Counted from the first letter of the stretch, positions 44,860 to 58,499 are shown. The stretch is 64,000 nucleotides of DNA from Octopus vulgaris (GCA_951406725.2 OX597833.1:35526001-35590000); one strand, 5' to 3'. Numbers and translations: made by a program. The notes: a model not told the origin generated them from the sequence alone.

Positions 44860-45240
44860 GTTAGTTGAAACCACTGGTCCAGCCAAAGGTAGTTACTCGG
44901 AATCAAGTGGGTCAACCTCAAAGCCAACCATTGTCATTCTCGACATCTGCTCTACCTATCTCCACTTCAACTTGTTTACATCTTCTTAAATGTTGCGTAG
45001 ATTCATTTGCATTCGCCTCTCTTGTGCTGTTCTCTCCCTCCATGTGACGTCATGTATAGTTCTTTCGCGAGATCGTATCATAGTTCCCATGCCTTTTTTC
45101 CTATTACTATCGAACGCCAGCTCTATAGACTGTATGCTTCTGTCGATAGCGCATGTATTAAGTAACTTTCTTTTCGCAAAGGTGGTGATGTCCGACTTCA
45201 ATATGGAGCGACGTCGACCAAATAACTGCCAGTGTGATTC
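44860..45240 (-). mobile_element. Degenerate RTE-like LINE ORF2 C-terminal fragment
   Basis: KRKLLNTC..., RTIHDVTWRER (~RxMLGVTxRDR) and EDVNKLKWR*VEQMSR (~KLKWxWAGHVxR). Confidence 0.5.
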
Positions 45241-45297
45241 ATTTTGGTGGATAGATGGATGGATCGATGTACAAATGTATATGTGTATGCATGTATA

Positions 45298-45435
45298 GAG
45301 TGGCTGAATTCGTAAGAAGTTTGCTTCGTAATCATGAAGTTCAAGGGCCGAACCCCATTGCGTTGCATCTTCGGCCAGTATAATTTATTATAGCGTGAGT
45401 TTGATCCAAGTCTTGTAAATGAAAGTGTGGAAACA
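45298..45435 (+). mobile_element. Highly degenerate CORE-type SINE 5' part
   Basis: gagtggctg...gtaagaagtttgcttc...cattgcgttgcatcttcggccag. Confidence 0.5.
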
Positions 45436-45849
45436 AAACCAGTGGATTGTATCTGTAAATCTAAGACCAGCTTGTCTTTTTATAAAGCAAGTTAATCTGA
45501 TTTTGCTTCATAATTATGTCAAAGACACTTTATACATAATTCCAACACCAACACCAACACTACCATCCCCATTACCACTACTACCATTATCTTTGCACCA
45601 TCACCTACAAAACTGATACGAAAATCATCAACACCACCACTAGAAGCCACAATGCCAATTACAACACAATACTTTTCGATACAACTACCATGGCAACCAT
45701 TCAAAGGAACGTCTATGCAGCCACATCTGCTAGAAATAACACACTACACTCTCTCAAATAAAACAAATTAAGTGATTGCTGCAAGGTAATTTATTCCCTG
45801 CTGCTTTAATGACTTTATGAATTTAAATACACATACATACATACATACA

Positions 45850-45907
<58 letters not shown>

Positions 45908-46029
45908 TGTATGTATGTATGTATGTATGTATGTATGTATGAATAAATGTATGTATGTATGTATATATATATGCACTACAAAGGAATGAGTATTGTAAAA
46001 TCGGGGCGGATACTTTTGGAGCACTCTGT

Positions 46030-46380
46030 AGTAATCCAAATTCATGGACTAGGTCGGCCTGAGAGAAACATTAGGACTTCTGTAGACCATAGAATTCTAT
46101 CTGTGTTCCTCCTCCATTTGTAAATCCTAAGTTCACTAGGAAGAATTTCATGTAACATTCCAAAGTATATTTAAAAAGACAAAGACGAATAGGGTGTTAC
46201 GGAGACTTTCATTTCATAAATTTATAACTTATCAAACTGCCCACGTATGTTTCTGACATGCTAGTTTTGTATAGCACTTTACTGCAATGAATTTCCAAGT
46301 TAGTCGATCCATGTTAAATGGATTATAGTGTTACAGATATCTATAAAATAATCGCCAGTGTATCGTTCTCAAGGCACAAC
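46030..46380 (-). mobile_element. Possible CR1-like LINE 3' fragment
   Basis: Weak motifs RNIRGQFDKL (~TRGHxxKL) and LWN. Heavily decayed. Confidence 0.3.
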
Positions 46381-46694
46381 CACAGTTATTAATATACATA
46401 CATACATACATACATACATACATTCGTATGGCTGTATGTGTGCTTGTGTATGATATTATATATATATTATGCACACACACACACACACACACGCACGTAC
46501 ACACGCACGTACACACGCACGCATACACACAAACTCACACACACGCATACATACATACACACAAACATACACTCACGCACGCACACATACATACACACAC
46601 GCACACACGTGCACGCACATATGCACACACAAACATATATATATGTACGACGTGTGTATATATATATATTATATATATATATTATATATATATA

Positions 46695-46750
<56 letters not shown>

Positions 46751-46752
<2 letters not shown>

Positions 46753-46928
46753 GAGTAAACATGTAAATGTGAAACAAGGTGGAAAAAAGAGTACTCAAAT
46801 ACCAGGGGTAGAGTAATGTACTATATTTAAAAGCAGCAGTTTTGTTGACAAAACTGTCCGACGAACGGGAACGTGAAACTCCGAGTAACAGGTTTTGTTG
46901 AATTTCTGCTGCTTTTAAATAAAGTATA
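46751..46928. mobile_element. Penelope-like pseudo-LTR remnant with inverted arrangement
   Basis: Inverted repeat atttaaaagcagcag (46825-46839) / ctgctgcttttaaat (46906-46920) brackets a hammerhead motif. The block is embedded in TA tracts. Confidence 0.6.
46848..46898 (+). ncRNA. Minimal type I hammerhead ribozyme
   Basis: acaaaaCTGT-CCGACGA-ACG(ggaa)CGT-GAAA-CTC(c)GAG-TA-ACAGgttttgt. Helix I, core (U4C variant), a 3-bp helix II with GNRA loop, GAAA, a near-palindromic helix III and a GUA cleavage triplet at 46885-46887 are all present. Confidence 0.75.
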
Positions 46929-49900
46929 TATATATATATATATTATAAACTCATGCATATCAATACACGAGTGCGTGCATGTGTATTTTCAAGTACGTAC
47001 TTTTGTTATATTAAATAGTTGTCACCTGGCATCGATAGGATAACGTTTAATGTAAAGTATTATAATCATATTTACGTCAATACAATTATGTGACGCTTTC
47101 ATCCATGTAATTGTTATTGACTTATATCAGTGTCATTTGTATTTAAGGCGAGATGTAAGGCGGTAAGATAAAGGATGTTAATGATGTCAAAAGTTTTAGT
47201 GAAGTAAAAAAAGCCTTTGTTGATAAGATCTACTGTTAAATCGATGGTGCCCCAGCATGACCACAGCTTTCGAGGTGAAACTAGTTAAAGAGTTACTAAT
47301 GTAAATGAGAGATAAGCAATAGTATTTCTGTACAGCAAAAGGAAATACATGTTCTCTTTATATTAAAGCGAATGATACTGTATTTGCCTAGAAGCTTGAA
47401 ATAGAAAATGGCCAGGTATGCATATATATTTGCTTTGCCAATTGAAGATAAGATTATTAGGAGTGCTAGATAAATGAAGATAATAGCAGAAACTTGTTTA
47501 TGGTTTTTAGGTTTATATTTATTGTCAGTTGCTGAACATTTGGTCAAAGCAATTAGTTGAGCTTGCTACACAAAAACCGTTCATAACAATTGTGTACCTA
47601 TGCTCAACCCCGAAGGATGCTAAAACATGCGACCAGCAGAATAAACAACGACATCCAGAAGAACCCATGCAGAATGCATAGCAGAACGGAACTATCTGCA
47701 GTAGATTAAGTGAATAGACACCTTTTCAGCAATGTTGCCTTGTACCATGGGGACGATGACAAAAATAAAATTAGGATAATAAACTAGCAGTGATAGGGAG
47801 ATAGCAAGAAAACTGGGAATTTTAGAGTCTTGTTTGTTTGTTTGTTTTTGCATCTATTTCGGCTTTAATGCTGATAAAGGCTTGCAGTAAAAGGAATTTC
47901 TTTTTAGCGGAAGAGATATTCTGTATATGGCAATTTAAAACTGAAATTCTTTGAAACGGTGAACTGTAGCGTCAAGAATCTTGTTTGCTGCATTCAAATA
48001 AACACACACATATACAAACATGCACACTGACATCCACAGATATAATCCGTGATTGCGTATGAAAACATACATTCATAAATATTCGTACGTATACTACACA
48101 AACACATATACATATGAATGGCTTCATCGCAGTCAGGCAACTGTACATTTGCACAGACATATGAATATATATTTAACTAAATACATATGCGTGTATGTGT
48201 ATGAATAATTACATAACTGAATAAAATATACATAAATACATGCTTGGTTGGAAAGCTGAAACAAATTTCCGTTCTCTTAATGTAAATGTATATAAGATGT
48301 ATATGGATGTTTTCGGCTATCCTCGTGCTTATGAAATGTATTACTGATTTGTATATATGTAACCATGTTTTTTTTTTATACATACATAAACACACTCACA
48401 GACACACACACACACATATACACACAAGCAGATACAAAATACATATATATGTATGCACACATGAACATATGATTATGTGTGTGAGTTTAGTGTGTATTTA
48501 TGTATAGTGCATGTACGCATATGTGTATATATGCATGAGCATAAATAAGTATAAATGTACGTATAATACATATGTGAGCGTGTTTCAGCATGCATGTATG
48601 TACGTACGCCAGCGTATGTGTATCTATGTATGTCTTTATATCCTACTATAAAAGTGTAAACATATGTATGCTCACAGATGTACATAGATACAGTAAAAAG
48701 TAAATATGTGGTGAGGAGATACAAGATCTAAAATTCATTCGTTGTTGAAAAACTCTCTTATTTCCATATTGCTTTTTTTTCCCTTTCTTTTTTAAACCCA
48801 GTCTTTCTAGTACAAATCACGACAAGTCTCATCGAATATTTGTCGAACTGTCGTGGTAGATGCGCATTCACACGCACGTATACTCGGGCATATATACCGA
48901 AACTCAAAGCATAAACACCCACTTACAAATTTTAGGTTTGTTCAAACGAAGAAGGTAGCTCTTAACAAGGTCGTTCTACCGACATTAAGGCTTCTTCATT
49001 CCGAAGCTAAATTCTCTGTACTCACACAGTAACATCTTAAAAAAACCCAGAAAAACGATTGGGTTGTATAGTCCCAGATATGCATAAAAATGGGATGGTC
49101 ACAGATGCAACGTCTTTTATCATTGCTCTGCTCGATCACAGCTGACATATACCATTATAACGAATCCTTTCCAGAATGCTTTAGGATTAAGAAGACTCGT
49201 TTTCAACTAATCTCAAGATCCGTGGACAACAACAATATGTTGTTCAAAGACAGTCAGAAGATTTACTGTTTTCTGATATCTTATCATCTACGTAATTCCG
49301 CTCTTAGCTTTGGTAGACATGATGTTCCTTATTTTGGAAAGGTTATAGTATATTATATAAGCACCTTATATATGACAATGTGACTGATGTATCGCAGTAA
49401 CGACTGCGGTTGCATTATAACTTACATAATATTAGTATCTGGATCGAATCCCAGTCTTCTACTCCAATGTTACATGCACCTGCCCGTTCAAAACTAATAT
49501 TTTTTTCTACGTGTGAAAAATATACAAGTTTAATTTCTCGCTAAAACTCTCAGGAAATTGCAGAACATCTGACATGGCGAGGCCTAATTGGCATTGTAGA
49601 AATGAAAGGATAAGGTATATTGAAGAGACGAGTCTAGTTAAAAGAAACTGTCGATATTCCATCGGTGAATTCTTTGGTGAATCTTCGTCTCATTGACATT
49701 TAAACAGGGAAATTATGCCCTCAAAAGCATTCTAACATACTACTGTTATTGATTTTTTTAATGCCCTTAATAGTAATACTGTTGAGATCTTAGATTGGCA
49801 CAAGATTACCAGTTAGTAGTGAAGCGGAAGATTCCATTGTTTGATGCTCCACCTTGTCTATCATCCATTACACATCCACGACCATGACGACGACCACCAC

Positions 49901-49940
49901 CACAACCATCACGACGACGACGACGACCACCACCACCACC

Positions 49941-52900
49941 ATTATTCAGTAGTCTTATTTTTATTGTGTATTTTCACTGCACTAGCGAGTCCAGCTGTGT
50001 GTGCTTCGGGTATGCGCAGTGTTTTGTTACAGTTTTGTTATTTTTGCTGTATTGAAAGTACGCTAGCAATATACATTCGGTGTCTGCCAGTGCTACTTTC
50101 TGTATGAGATGCATATTTGTAAGTCTTGGGGCTGTAGTTATGCATTTGTCTGTATATCTTTATTTTTATCATTCCCAAAGCACCTATCATTGCAGAGATT
50201 GTTTCTGTTTACAGACTCCACATTTGGGTTATCTCCGTTTCTTTATTTACATTTAGATCATTTTTCCATCTTTTTAGAGACGCATTATCATCTGTTGGGA
50301 CTAATATGTCAATTAGGAGGCATTTCTTTTTTTAGTGGTACTTGACAACAATAACTGATCGCGTAGCCTTAATCTCCTGTCTATGTGTATCAGCATATCC
50401 CAGAGTATGGTTTCTTTGCCATTCTCGGAGACCATTTCTGGTATACGTCTATACCATCTCTTTTCTGTTGGTAGTTCATAATGCTAGCGCAACTTCAAGT
50501 GTATGTAGTCCTATCTCTGTCATGTCTGTACTTGTATTCATTCTTGGCTAAGATTGGGCAGCCATCGATACTATGGTTAATAAGCTCTTCCATGTATTTA
50601 CCTATTGTGTGGTTATTGCATTCTGCTACATTATACACTTTCGTTGGTGTCTGGAAGAATACTTTGGTCTTGTGCTGTAGTCGAAAAACTCTCAGTCTCT
50701 GCTTTCAGTTTCCCGCTTTTCAACTAGTGCTAGGCCTTTTTGTTTATAACTACTCTGTTGAGCCTTTTCCAGTATTGAATAAGTCGGGACTTTCCAGGAC
50801 CTCCTTTTATCATGGCATTGTGTAGTCTTGATATTAGCTGCTTCACGATTTTTGTTGCTGTTTCTCCATTTTCATCATAGTTAGCTGGTTATTGCAGCTC
50901 TGTTTTGTATATGTTTGCTCCCTTGAAGATAGAAAATAGTGTTTTGTTTTATTCATATTTGGTAGCTTTATGCATTAATTTTCCATGAATCTACACTAGA
51001 TAAACAGATAGTCTTACAATGTGCATTTTGTAATTTTTTTCTTTTGGTATAAGACACCTACCGCCTTCTGTTCGGCTTAAATATAGATTTCAATGTTAAA
51101 TTGTGGGAGATGTATTCTAAATGCAGACGTAAATTTCGTTGTTTTTTCTGTTTACTCTAGTGGATCGTTTAGTGTTCAGTTGAGACTATTTAATCTGTAG
51201 ATTATAACTGGGACAGTCAGAAAATATTTCTGTTTTGCATTTAGCTGTTATAAATATTAGTTTGATTAGTCTATAAAGTCCTTCCTTAATATTTTCTTTC
51301 ACTTGTGAGTATTGTACACTGTCCAGTTCATTGATTCCTAGGTATTTGTCTGTTGGTGTTTAGTCAAATTTTCTTATCTCTTAATTAATTTGCCTGTCTT
51401 CTAGGTACTTTCGCACATTTTCTAATCCGAATCTCATATTTATTAATTCAGTAAATATGTGTGCTACAGTTTCGAGTTGATTATAATTTGCAGTATATAA
51501 CTTGAGAGAGTCTATGTAAAAAGATGGCCAACAGTCTTACTATAGCATTTACCAAAAGCATTAAAACCAGACAGAGTTGTAGACCCTCTGGAATATTTCT
51601 CGTCTAATGGAAATGGGTTTAGTTTTTACAATGTCCTCTATTGTCTATAATTAAGGCGGCGAGCTGGCAGAAACGTTAAGCACGCCGGGCGAAATGTGTA
51701 GCCGTATTCCGTCTGCCGTTACGTTCTGGGTTCAAATTCTGTCGAGGTCGACTTTGCCTTTCATCCTTTCGGGGTCGATAAATTAAGTACCAGTTACGCA
51801 CTGGGGTCGATCTGATCGACTTAATCCGTTTGTCTGTCCTTGTTTGTCCCCTCTGTGTTTAGCCCCTTGTGGGTAATAAAGATATATATAATTGCAAGAC
51901 TGTTTGGTATTTACTCATGACACGTTTCGTGTATTTTCTTATTATTGGTGCTACCTGAATTATTATTAGTGTTTTCAGGGCCTATCTGTGAGGAATACTA
52001 TCAAAAATCTTCCGATAATTAATCCATACCATTCTCAAATCCTTCTTTTACCATGCGAGGTAGAGCTTTATTCACTAGTAACTGATCTTTACAGCAATAT
52101 GAGCGCTTGCAGCGCCCATTCTGCTCTTCTGGAAACTGCTGTTTTCTTCTAGGGATTCCATTTTTCTTCGCGATATTAATGCAGTGAAAGTTTTGTAGGG
52201 TCAAGGATCTGTAGTTTTGAAGGTGTATGATTTCTGTAGATATGGAGATTATGACCGTTTTCCCCTTCAGCAAATCATTTCGTTGCTGCGTTTACCACCG
52301 CCAATTTCTCTACCAGTATTTTACGTGACCTTGTTGAATATTTCAACCAGAAGATGGAGATTTGTTATGTTGGGGGCGCCTTTCAATCCTCCGTCTGGGT
52401 TTCTTCAATGTCTGAGTTGCTTCTTTTGTTGTGGGTAAATTCTGTTGTCCAAAGATGTTCTGATACTGTGTTCGGAGTTTTCACCAATCTTTTTTGTGCT
52501 GATTCCCCCCCACCCCACCCCAATTCTTCTATTTCAATTGCTGCTGGTGTTGCATTGGCTTCTATTTTATTTTTTACAGGGTTGTTGATACAATCACTTT
52601 TGGGTTCGAATTGAATAGTATAATTAATTCAAAACATCGTTGGCGTTTTCCATACTGCTGTATTCTTTGTGACTTAACACGGATTACTTAAGATGTTCTT
52701 GATTTCAGTTTTTTTTTTTTTTTTGTGAAATTTCTGTAGTGGTTGTCTCTCTTTCCTCTTGTTTGTTGTGTTATTTTAATCTTGATTTCATTGAAAACTT
52801 TCATCGGAATCCTTTCTCGTATTTTCTTCTTCTGGGTACTTACTTTCTATGCTCTTTACTTGTATTTTGAATACTCTTGGTTGCTCTGTATATTAATTCA

Positions 52901-53050
52901 TTTGGTTTGGAAATGTTGATGTTTGAATCGGTTTTAATTATGTCTGCGACAAAGTAGTTTTTGCTTATCAATTGTTAATACAATTTTATCGTTGGTTTTT
53001 ATCTTTGGCGGTGCTTTCGCTTTGCGGTGAGTGAACATCTGTAAGATATG
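49941..53050 (-). mobile_element. Long decayed R4/Dong-clade LINE (RT + CCHC + RLE), interrupted by a SINE
   Basis: Minus-strand motifs in order: NYRSLT, FPEEQNGRCKRSYCCKDQLLVNKA (ORF 52019-52273), FDSIPH, IFQR, FYIDSLKLY (~YMDDLKLY), MRFGL, KYLGIN, YLSRTEGG, GCPILAKNEYKYRHDR, IGALGMI. The 5' limit is approximate. Confidence 0.88.
51655..51882 (+). mobile_element. Full-length young Meta-like tRNA SINE inserted into the LINE
   Basis: Head ggcggcgagctggcagaaacgtta, B box gggttcaaattc, core gcctttcatcctttcggggtcgataaattaagtaccag. Candidate TSD tataatt at 51646-51652 and 51887-51893. Confidence 0.9.
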
Positions 53051-53829
53051 CATGTACAATAGAAGCATTATCTCTCGTATCCATTTATCCTTTTTTTTCG
53101 TTCTATTTGCGAAATTTGAGAGGGAATATTTGACCCATTAGATTGTCATCATTTTCATCAAGTGCCGATTTGATTGTTTCTGTTGTTCTGTTTGATTTTT
53201 GCACACACGATTTTTTGTACTTTTAGTGCAACGAATTCAAATTATGCAGTCTTCAGTTAAGACCATTGGGCTGAATATTGCATTTTATATTTGAATTTTA
53301 TGACACATTTTGTGTTTGACAGAGAAAGGCGGTCTAATATTGATATACACCGTGCATCGGTGACCATGTTTACACACGGTATGAGAACATTGTATCCTGT
53401 AAACATTTGCAATACATCGTATATGAGGTAATCATAACAACAACAACAAGAACAACAATAATAATAATAATATTTGTCAAACATTATGTGAGGAAGGTTT
53501 GAAATTGCTAATGCTATTGTCACTCAATTGCCCTTACTATTTTTTAACGGTGATAATACATGAAATTCACTTCATGTCAATAAATTTTAATGACGAGGAG
53601 GGGAACAGTAAAATTTTATTAGACCAGAGGAAGGAGCTTTACCTGTGGCCTTCGTAAGACCTCCGAACTGTTGATATTGATGCCGAGTCGTCTTGGTTAA
53701 TGATTGTTGGAATCAGATTCAGGGAGAACAAAAATAATGATTGCGTAATAAAAATATAGGTGTTAAAAGGAAATTCGGTTGGTTTACTTTTAAGTCAATG
53801 ATATAAAGCGGATTTACTGGTCAGAAGAT

Positions 53830-54352
53830 GAACCAGCAAAACGGTTGGGGTGTCTGAATTTTGTTCCAAATGTATAAGATTTATATATAAACAACAAAGG
53901 ATTAATTAAGAATCGAGGCACATCAGCGTGTATGACACCCATAATTGGCAAAATAGAATCTCACAAAGCAGACAAATAATCCATCACCATAGACATCAAT
54001 TATACTGGATAGATTCTGTTGTTGGGTAATTTTCAATTCAAATTATTTACCAATGATCAAATTCCTTGAAGTCTTGGTGTCGAGTAAATATAATAAATAA
54101 CAGATAAATGGGGATTGAATATATACATATTGACAACAAAGTAAAAAATATACATGTGATCAATAATTTTACTATCTTATCAGATGTACAGCGAGAATAA
54201 CTGGACATGACAAGCTACTTCTAAACCTACAAATCTTTAGAAGAAAATGCTGTCGCATAATTTCAGGAAATTACGCTATTTTTTCAACAATAATAACCAG
54301 TGCCCCAGCATGTCTACAGCCTAAGGGCTGAAACGTATAAAAGAATAAAAGC
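53830..54352 (+). mobile_element. Possible decayed L2/CR1-group LINE 3' end terminating in the shared stem-loop
   Basis: Weak motifs FVPN...NRGTSACMTP and FKLF. Ends gtgccccagcatgtctaCAGCCTaaGGGCTGaaacgtataaaagaataaaag. Confidence 0.3.
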
Positions 54353-55007
54353 ATAAAAAAATAATTCTCCCCAGCCCTCCAAAAAATGCAAAACCTAAAT
54401 GAAGGACTAATGGGAAATTCACTAATTTTATGTTTAGGAAAGGTTTTATTTTCGTATAGTTTAACCTTTGTTACATATTTTACTATTGTGCTTTTGGGGT
54501 AAATATAATCTGTCCATGTAACTATTTCAAAGAAATATTATTAATTACATATTATTTGTTAATGCAATCATGAAAATCCGCAATGACCCCAAATGCTCTG
54601 TTATTTAGCCAAACTTTTATTTTGTCAACAAGGTTGGTATTTTGTGATTAAACAACATGTACTTTGAAATAAATATCGCAGGACATACTTACATACGGTG
54701 TGTGGCTGGAAGGTAGTAATTAAATAATTTGCTGACTAAAAGTGCTTTCACAACATTATCTTTGCAGGAGACATTATTATTTTTACGAAAGAATATACAG
54801 TTATTACTTGAAGGAATATTATTGCTTTAGAAGTTGCAATAAAGTACCTGCGACTGATATTATTTATAGGACAAAATAACAATGAGAGGTAGTCTGTGAA
54901 GTGTATGTTATTTAACAGTTATGAATGTTTCCCTAAATTTATTGAGAGAGAGAGGTTCTACAGCAAACTGATTTAAGCTTTGTAAAAGAAATTAGGAAAT
55001 ATTAATA

Positions 55008-55403
55008 TTCTTTTCTACTCTAGAACCAAGATACGAAATTTAGGGAGAGGGCCAGTCGATTAGATTGACTCCAGTACGCAACTGGTACTTTAATTTATCG
55101 ACCCCGAAAGGATGAAAGGCAAAGCTGACCTCGGCGGAATTTGAACTCAGAACATGAAGACAGACGAAATGCCTATTTCTTTACTACCCACAAGGGGCTA
55201 AACACAGAGGAGACAAACAAGAACAGACAGACGGATAAAACCGATTATATCGACCCCAGTGCGTTACTGGTACTTAATTTATCGACCCTGAAAGGATGAA
55301 AGGCAAAGTCGACTTCGGCGGAATTTGAACTCAGAACGTAAAGGCAGACGAAATACCGCTAAGCATTTTGCCCGGCGTGCTAACGTTTCTGCCATCTCGC
55401 CGC
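55008..55403 (-). mobile_element. Dimeric Meta-like SINE (full monomer + 5'-truncated second monomer)
   Basis: Two tandem copies of aatttatcgaccc.gaaaggatgaaaggcaaag..gac.tcggcggaatttgaactcagaac. Junction at 55173/55174. The two monomers have different tails. Confidence 0.88.
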
Positions 55404-58079
55404 TTTATGGAAATACTAATGTTGAGCAAAAGGAAAATAAGTCAAAAGTAAGAGAAAATATTCGTATCCTCAAGAACCAACTAAAAAGTGTAACAGTGAA
55501 TAAGTTTATACAGTGAGACGAAATATTCGGATAATAACGTTTCAACTCTCGAACAACACATATGAAACATTACTCTTCTAACACTATTGAGAAATGTAGA
55601 TATGCAAAATACTATACTTACTGTCATGAGAATAATGATGACTTCGATGAAAAGGAGAAGGCGATGGAGATATTAATAAATCAGGGCGATAAAAATTATT
55701 ATTATACTTGGAATATATATATATATATATGTACATACACACACACATATTAGTAGCTAGTTAAAAAGTAAAATAATTTTAGAGTGAAAGTGAAAAAAAA
55801 ATGGAAGATCTCCATATAAGATGTTTCTGTTTTGTATGTGTACATTATTAAATATTATTTGTAAGAGCAACAAAGCTGGTTTATATTACTAATGAGGGAA
55901 TATGTATCATGTTTTGACACACTGTTTTGCTATCATTGTAATTCATATGCCAGATAGGTGATTGCAAAAACATCTGATGCTTCAGGTTTAGCCAGAATAC
56001 GAAGCTCACTAAAAATGTAATGATTATAATACATTCTCTCAGCAAATGTTTTTTTAGGAGAAATGTATAAGTCAATAAAAATGTATTTTATACACTTATT
56101 TCATTATTCTCAAAATGCGAAAACTGCCGACCGGTTTTCAATTGTAGATACTGCATTGTATTTGGCGTGCGTTTCGTACTTTTTCTAAAGAATCATTCGT
56201 GACAGTTAAATGGCTTGACTTTCACCTATAATTGAAAGCCAGTAGCTTGGAGTATACATGTTATCTATCATCTTACTAGTTTTAATATTACCTTGAGTAG
56301 AAATAGGTTGAATTTTATTAAACTTAGGATGTTGTAAATACTCTCAATGTATCGTAAAATACAGGTACGTATCATATTTGTTTTAATGAGTTAGAATGAG
56401 TTTGATTAGCAAATGAATAATTATCGGAAACATTAAAGCAGATTTCTAGATGTAGAAAGTGCTCCTTAGTGAAATATTGACTGCAATTTAATTCCATAGA
56501 TAACTATTCCCAAAAGTTAATATATTTGAGTTACAGTGACACAACATAGGGCACCAATAACAGCCGGAGGCAAGTTATAGTTACAAGTAAATAGTATTTC
56601 AAGGAAAACAAAGTATTGCTATCTGTTTACCCAGCAAAACAGATATAAGAACGATAAAAAAGTCATGAAGTCTATAATTACGTATTTTATCGCCTGTTGC
56701 AACTAAAATACCTTTCCTTCAACATTAATGTTTATAATTTCATTGCAGAGAAATTATTTATTAATACTTTCTTATTAAATGTATTAAAGAATGACAGCTC
56801 AGTTATCGGGGAAATGACACTTGATTAATTATTTGGAAAGAATATTCAAGTTGACGAAATTAGCACTAAATCGTAAAAGAAAACTTGATAAAACTCTGGT
56901 TTATCGTAATGTGATATGTGGTAGTAAGTTAACTCTTTTTATCTGTTAATATTTCTTAAAATCAACAGTTCAGAAAGTAATAATATTGTATCTTCAAACA
57001 GAAATAAACTGCGAGGTATCCTCAAATGTATGCAATCCTCTCTGATATCAATTATATCCCGTAACTTAGTAACTATACAATTTTGCAGTCACTTAAATAA
57101 CTATTCACATATAAATTTCTTTCACATACTACAATCACTAATTCCGTGCTTATTCTTTATACTATAACTTTTTCCATTTATCATAACTTTGTAATAATTC
57201 ATTTATATCATTGCTTACGATATCAATAAGTATGCATTCCTATCTTAATACCTATACGATAATTTGATAAATACCAACCACAGCACTATCTAATTCCATT
57301 GATGAAATATACATGCATTTTCATAACTACATTTGTAACTATAACTTAATAGTTAACCACTTATAATGTAAATGAATATTTTCTTTAAATATATATAAAC
57401 TTTATATATATAAACTTTTCTTTTACATTGTATATATCTCCACATTTGCAACTTTACTCTATAACAGTCCTTAGATTTTTAACCGTTTCAATTATACCGA
57501 AAGTAATCATTTTCCTATAATTCCACAGTTGTTTCAACATATACATACAAAGATACATACATATATCAAATTTTTCCTTGGTTCTTTAGTAAAGATTCTA
57601 AAAGAATCAACATCATTTTCTGCGGAATACTTGATGACGGATTTGGAAACTTTATGTAACAAAAACTGAAAGTATCTCTATGGAAATTACGAAAAAATTT
57701 GAAGTGGCTCTTAGTAAGCCCTTAATAACAAGACAAAGAACATAATCCAATTTTCCCCAACACACAACAAATTCTCAAGCACATTACGTACATAAGTACA
57801 TAGTTACATACATACGTTACACACACACACACACATAGATATGTATATGCTCATTATTTTCAATCATTTCAGCTGATATGTTTCACAAAAGCAGTGTGTC
57901 GATCAGTTAATGCATTAGAACATACTAAGCATGATTTTTTAAATAACCGAAGCACCTTAATAATAAATTATATCAACACGATGTCAACTCTTCGTATTAA
58001 GAAGCTTACTAAATCAGATTTTGAATAAGGAGAATGAATTATTAACAGACATCCATGTATGCATGTTTGCACGTATGTA

Positions 58080-58460
58080 TGTATCTTGTATTTTTCAATT
58101 ATAAATCTTCCACTGAGGAGGGAATCAGTTTCCAACAAAGATACAAGGCTCCATCTTTGGGATGTAGTTAACTTCAGAAAAGTCTTCCATATTTTTAGTG
58201 TTCCACTCACAGATTGGGCTTGTAATGTACAAATTAGGCAGTCAGTTTCTCTTTCTGAAAATCCCAATTTATCCAGATTCTCCTTTAAGCATTTAATAAC
58301 AAAACCTAGTACTCCAATTATTACTGGTATGAATATGAATTCATGAATATGAATATAGAAGCTGGAGGTTTCGAAGCAGTTGTCCATAGATATCCTCTTT
58401 TTCTTTGATTTTCAAATAGATATTTATATCTGCAGGGCAGCTAACCTCTGTCATGCCACC
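58080..58460 (-). mobile_element. 3' end of an R4/Dong-clade LINE related to 32289-33939
   Basis: ORF 57968-58387 gives FIPVIIGVLGFVIKCLKENLDKLGFS...LQAQSVSGTLKIWKTFLK. Its 3'UTR motif gatggagccttgtatctttgttggaaactg aligns with gaaggaaccttggatcaaggttagaaaccg at ~33866-33895. Confidence 0.82.
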
Positions 58461-58499
58461 TTTCATCTTTCCACAGGCTCTAAGAAGTAATACTGCTAG

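Noticed and set aside
51655-51745. SINE heads as tRNA genes
   Set aside because: A/B boxes are present but there is no complete cloverleaf, and each head continues into a SINE body.
55080-55340. Recurring repeats as a CRISPR-like array
   Set aside because: They are SINE monomers in eukaryotic DNA, with no regular repeat-spacer period and no cas genes.
56130-56243. Imperfect 18-bp inverted repeat as a MITE
   Set aside because: 15/18 match only, with no TSD and no second copy in the window.
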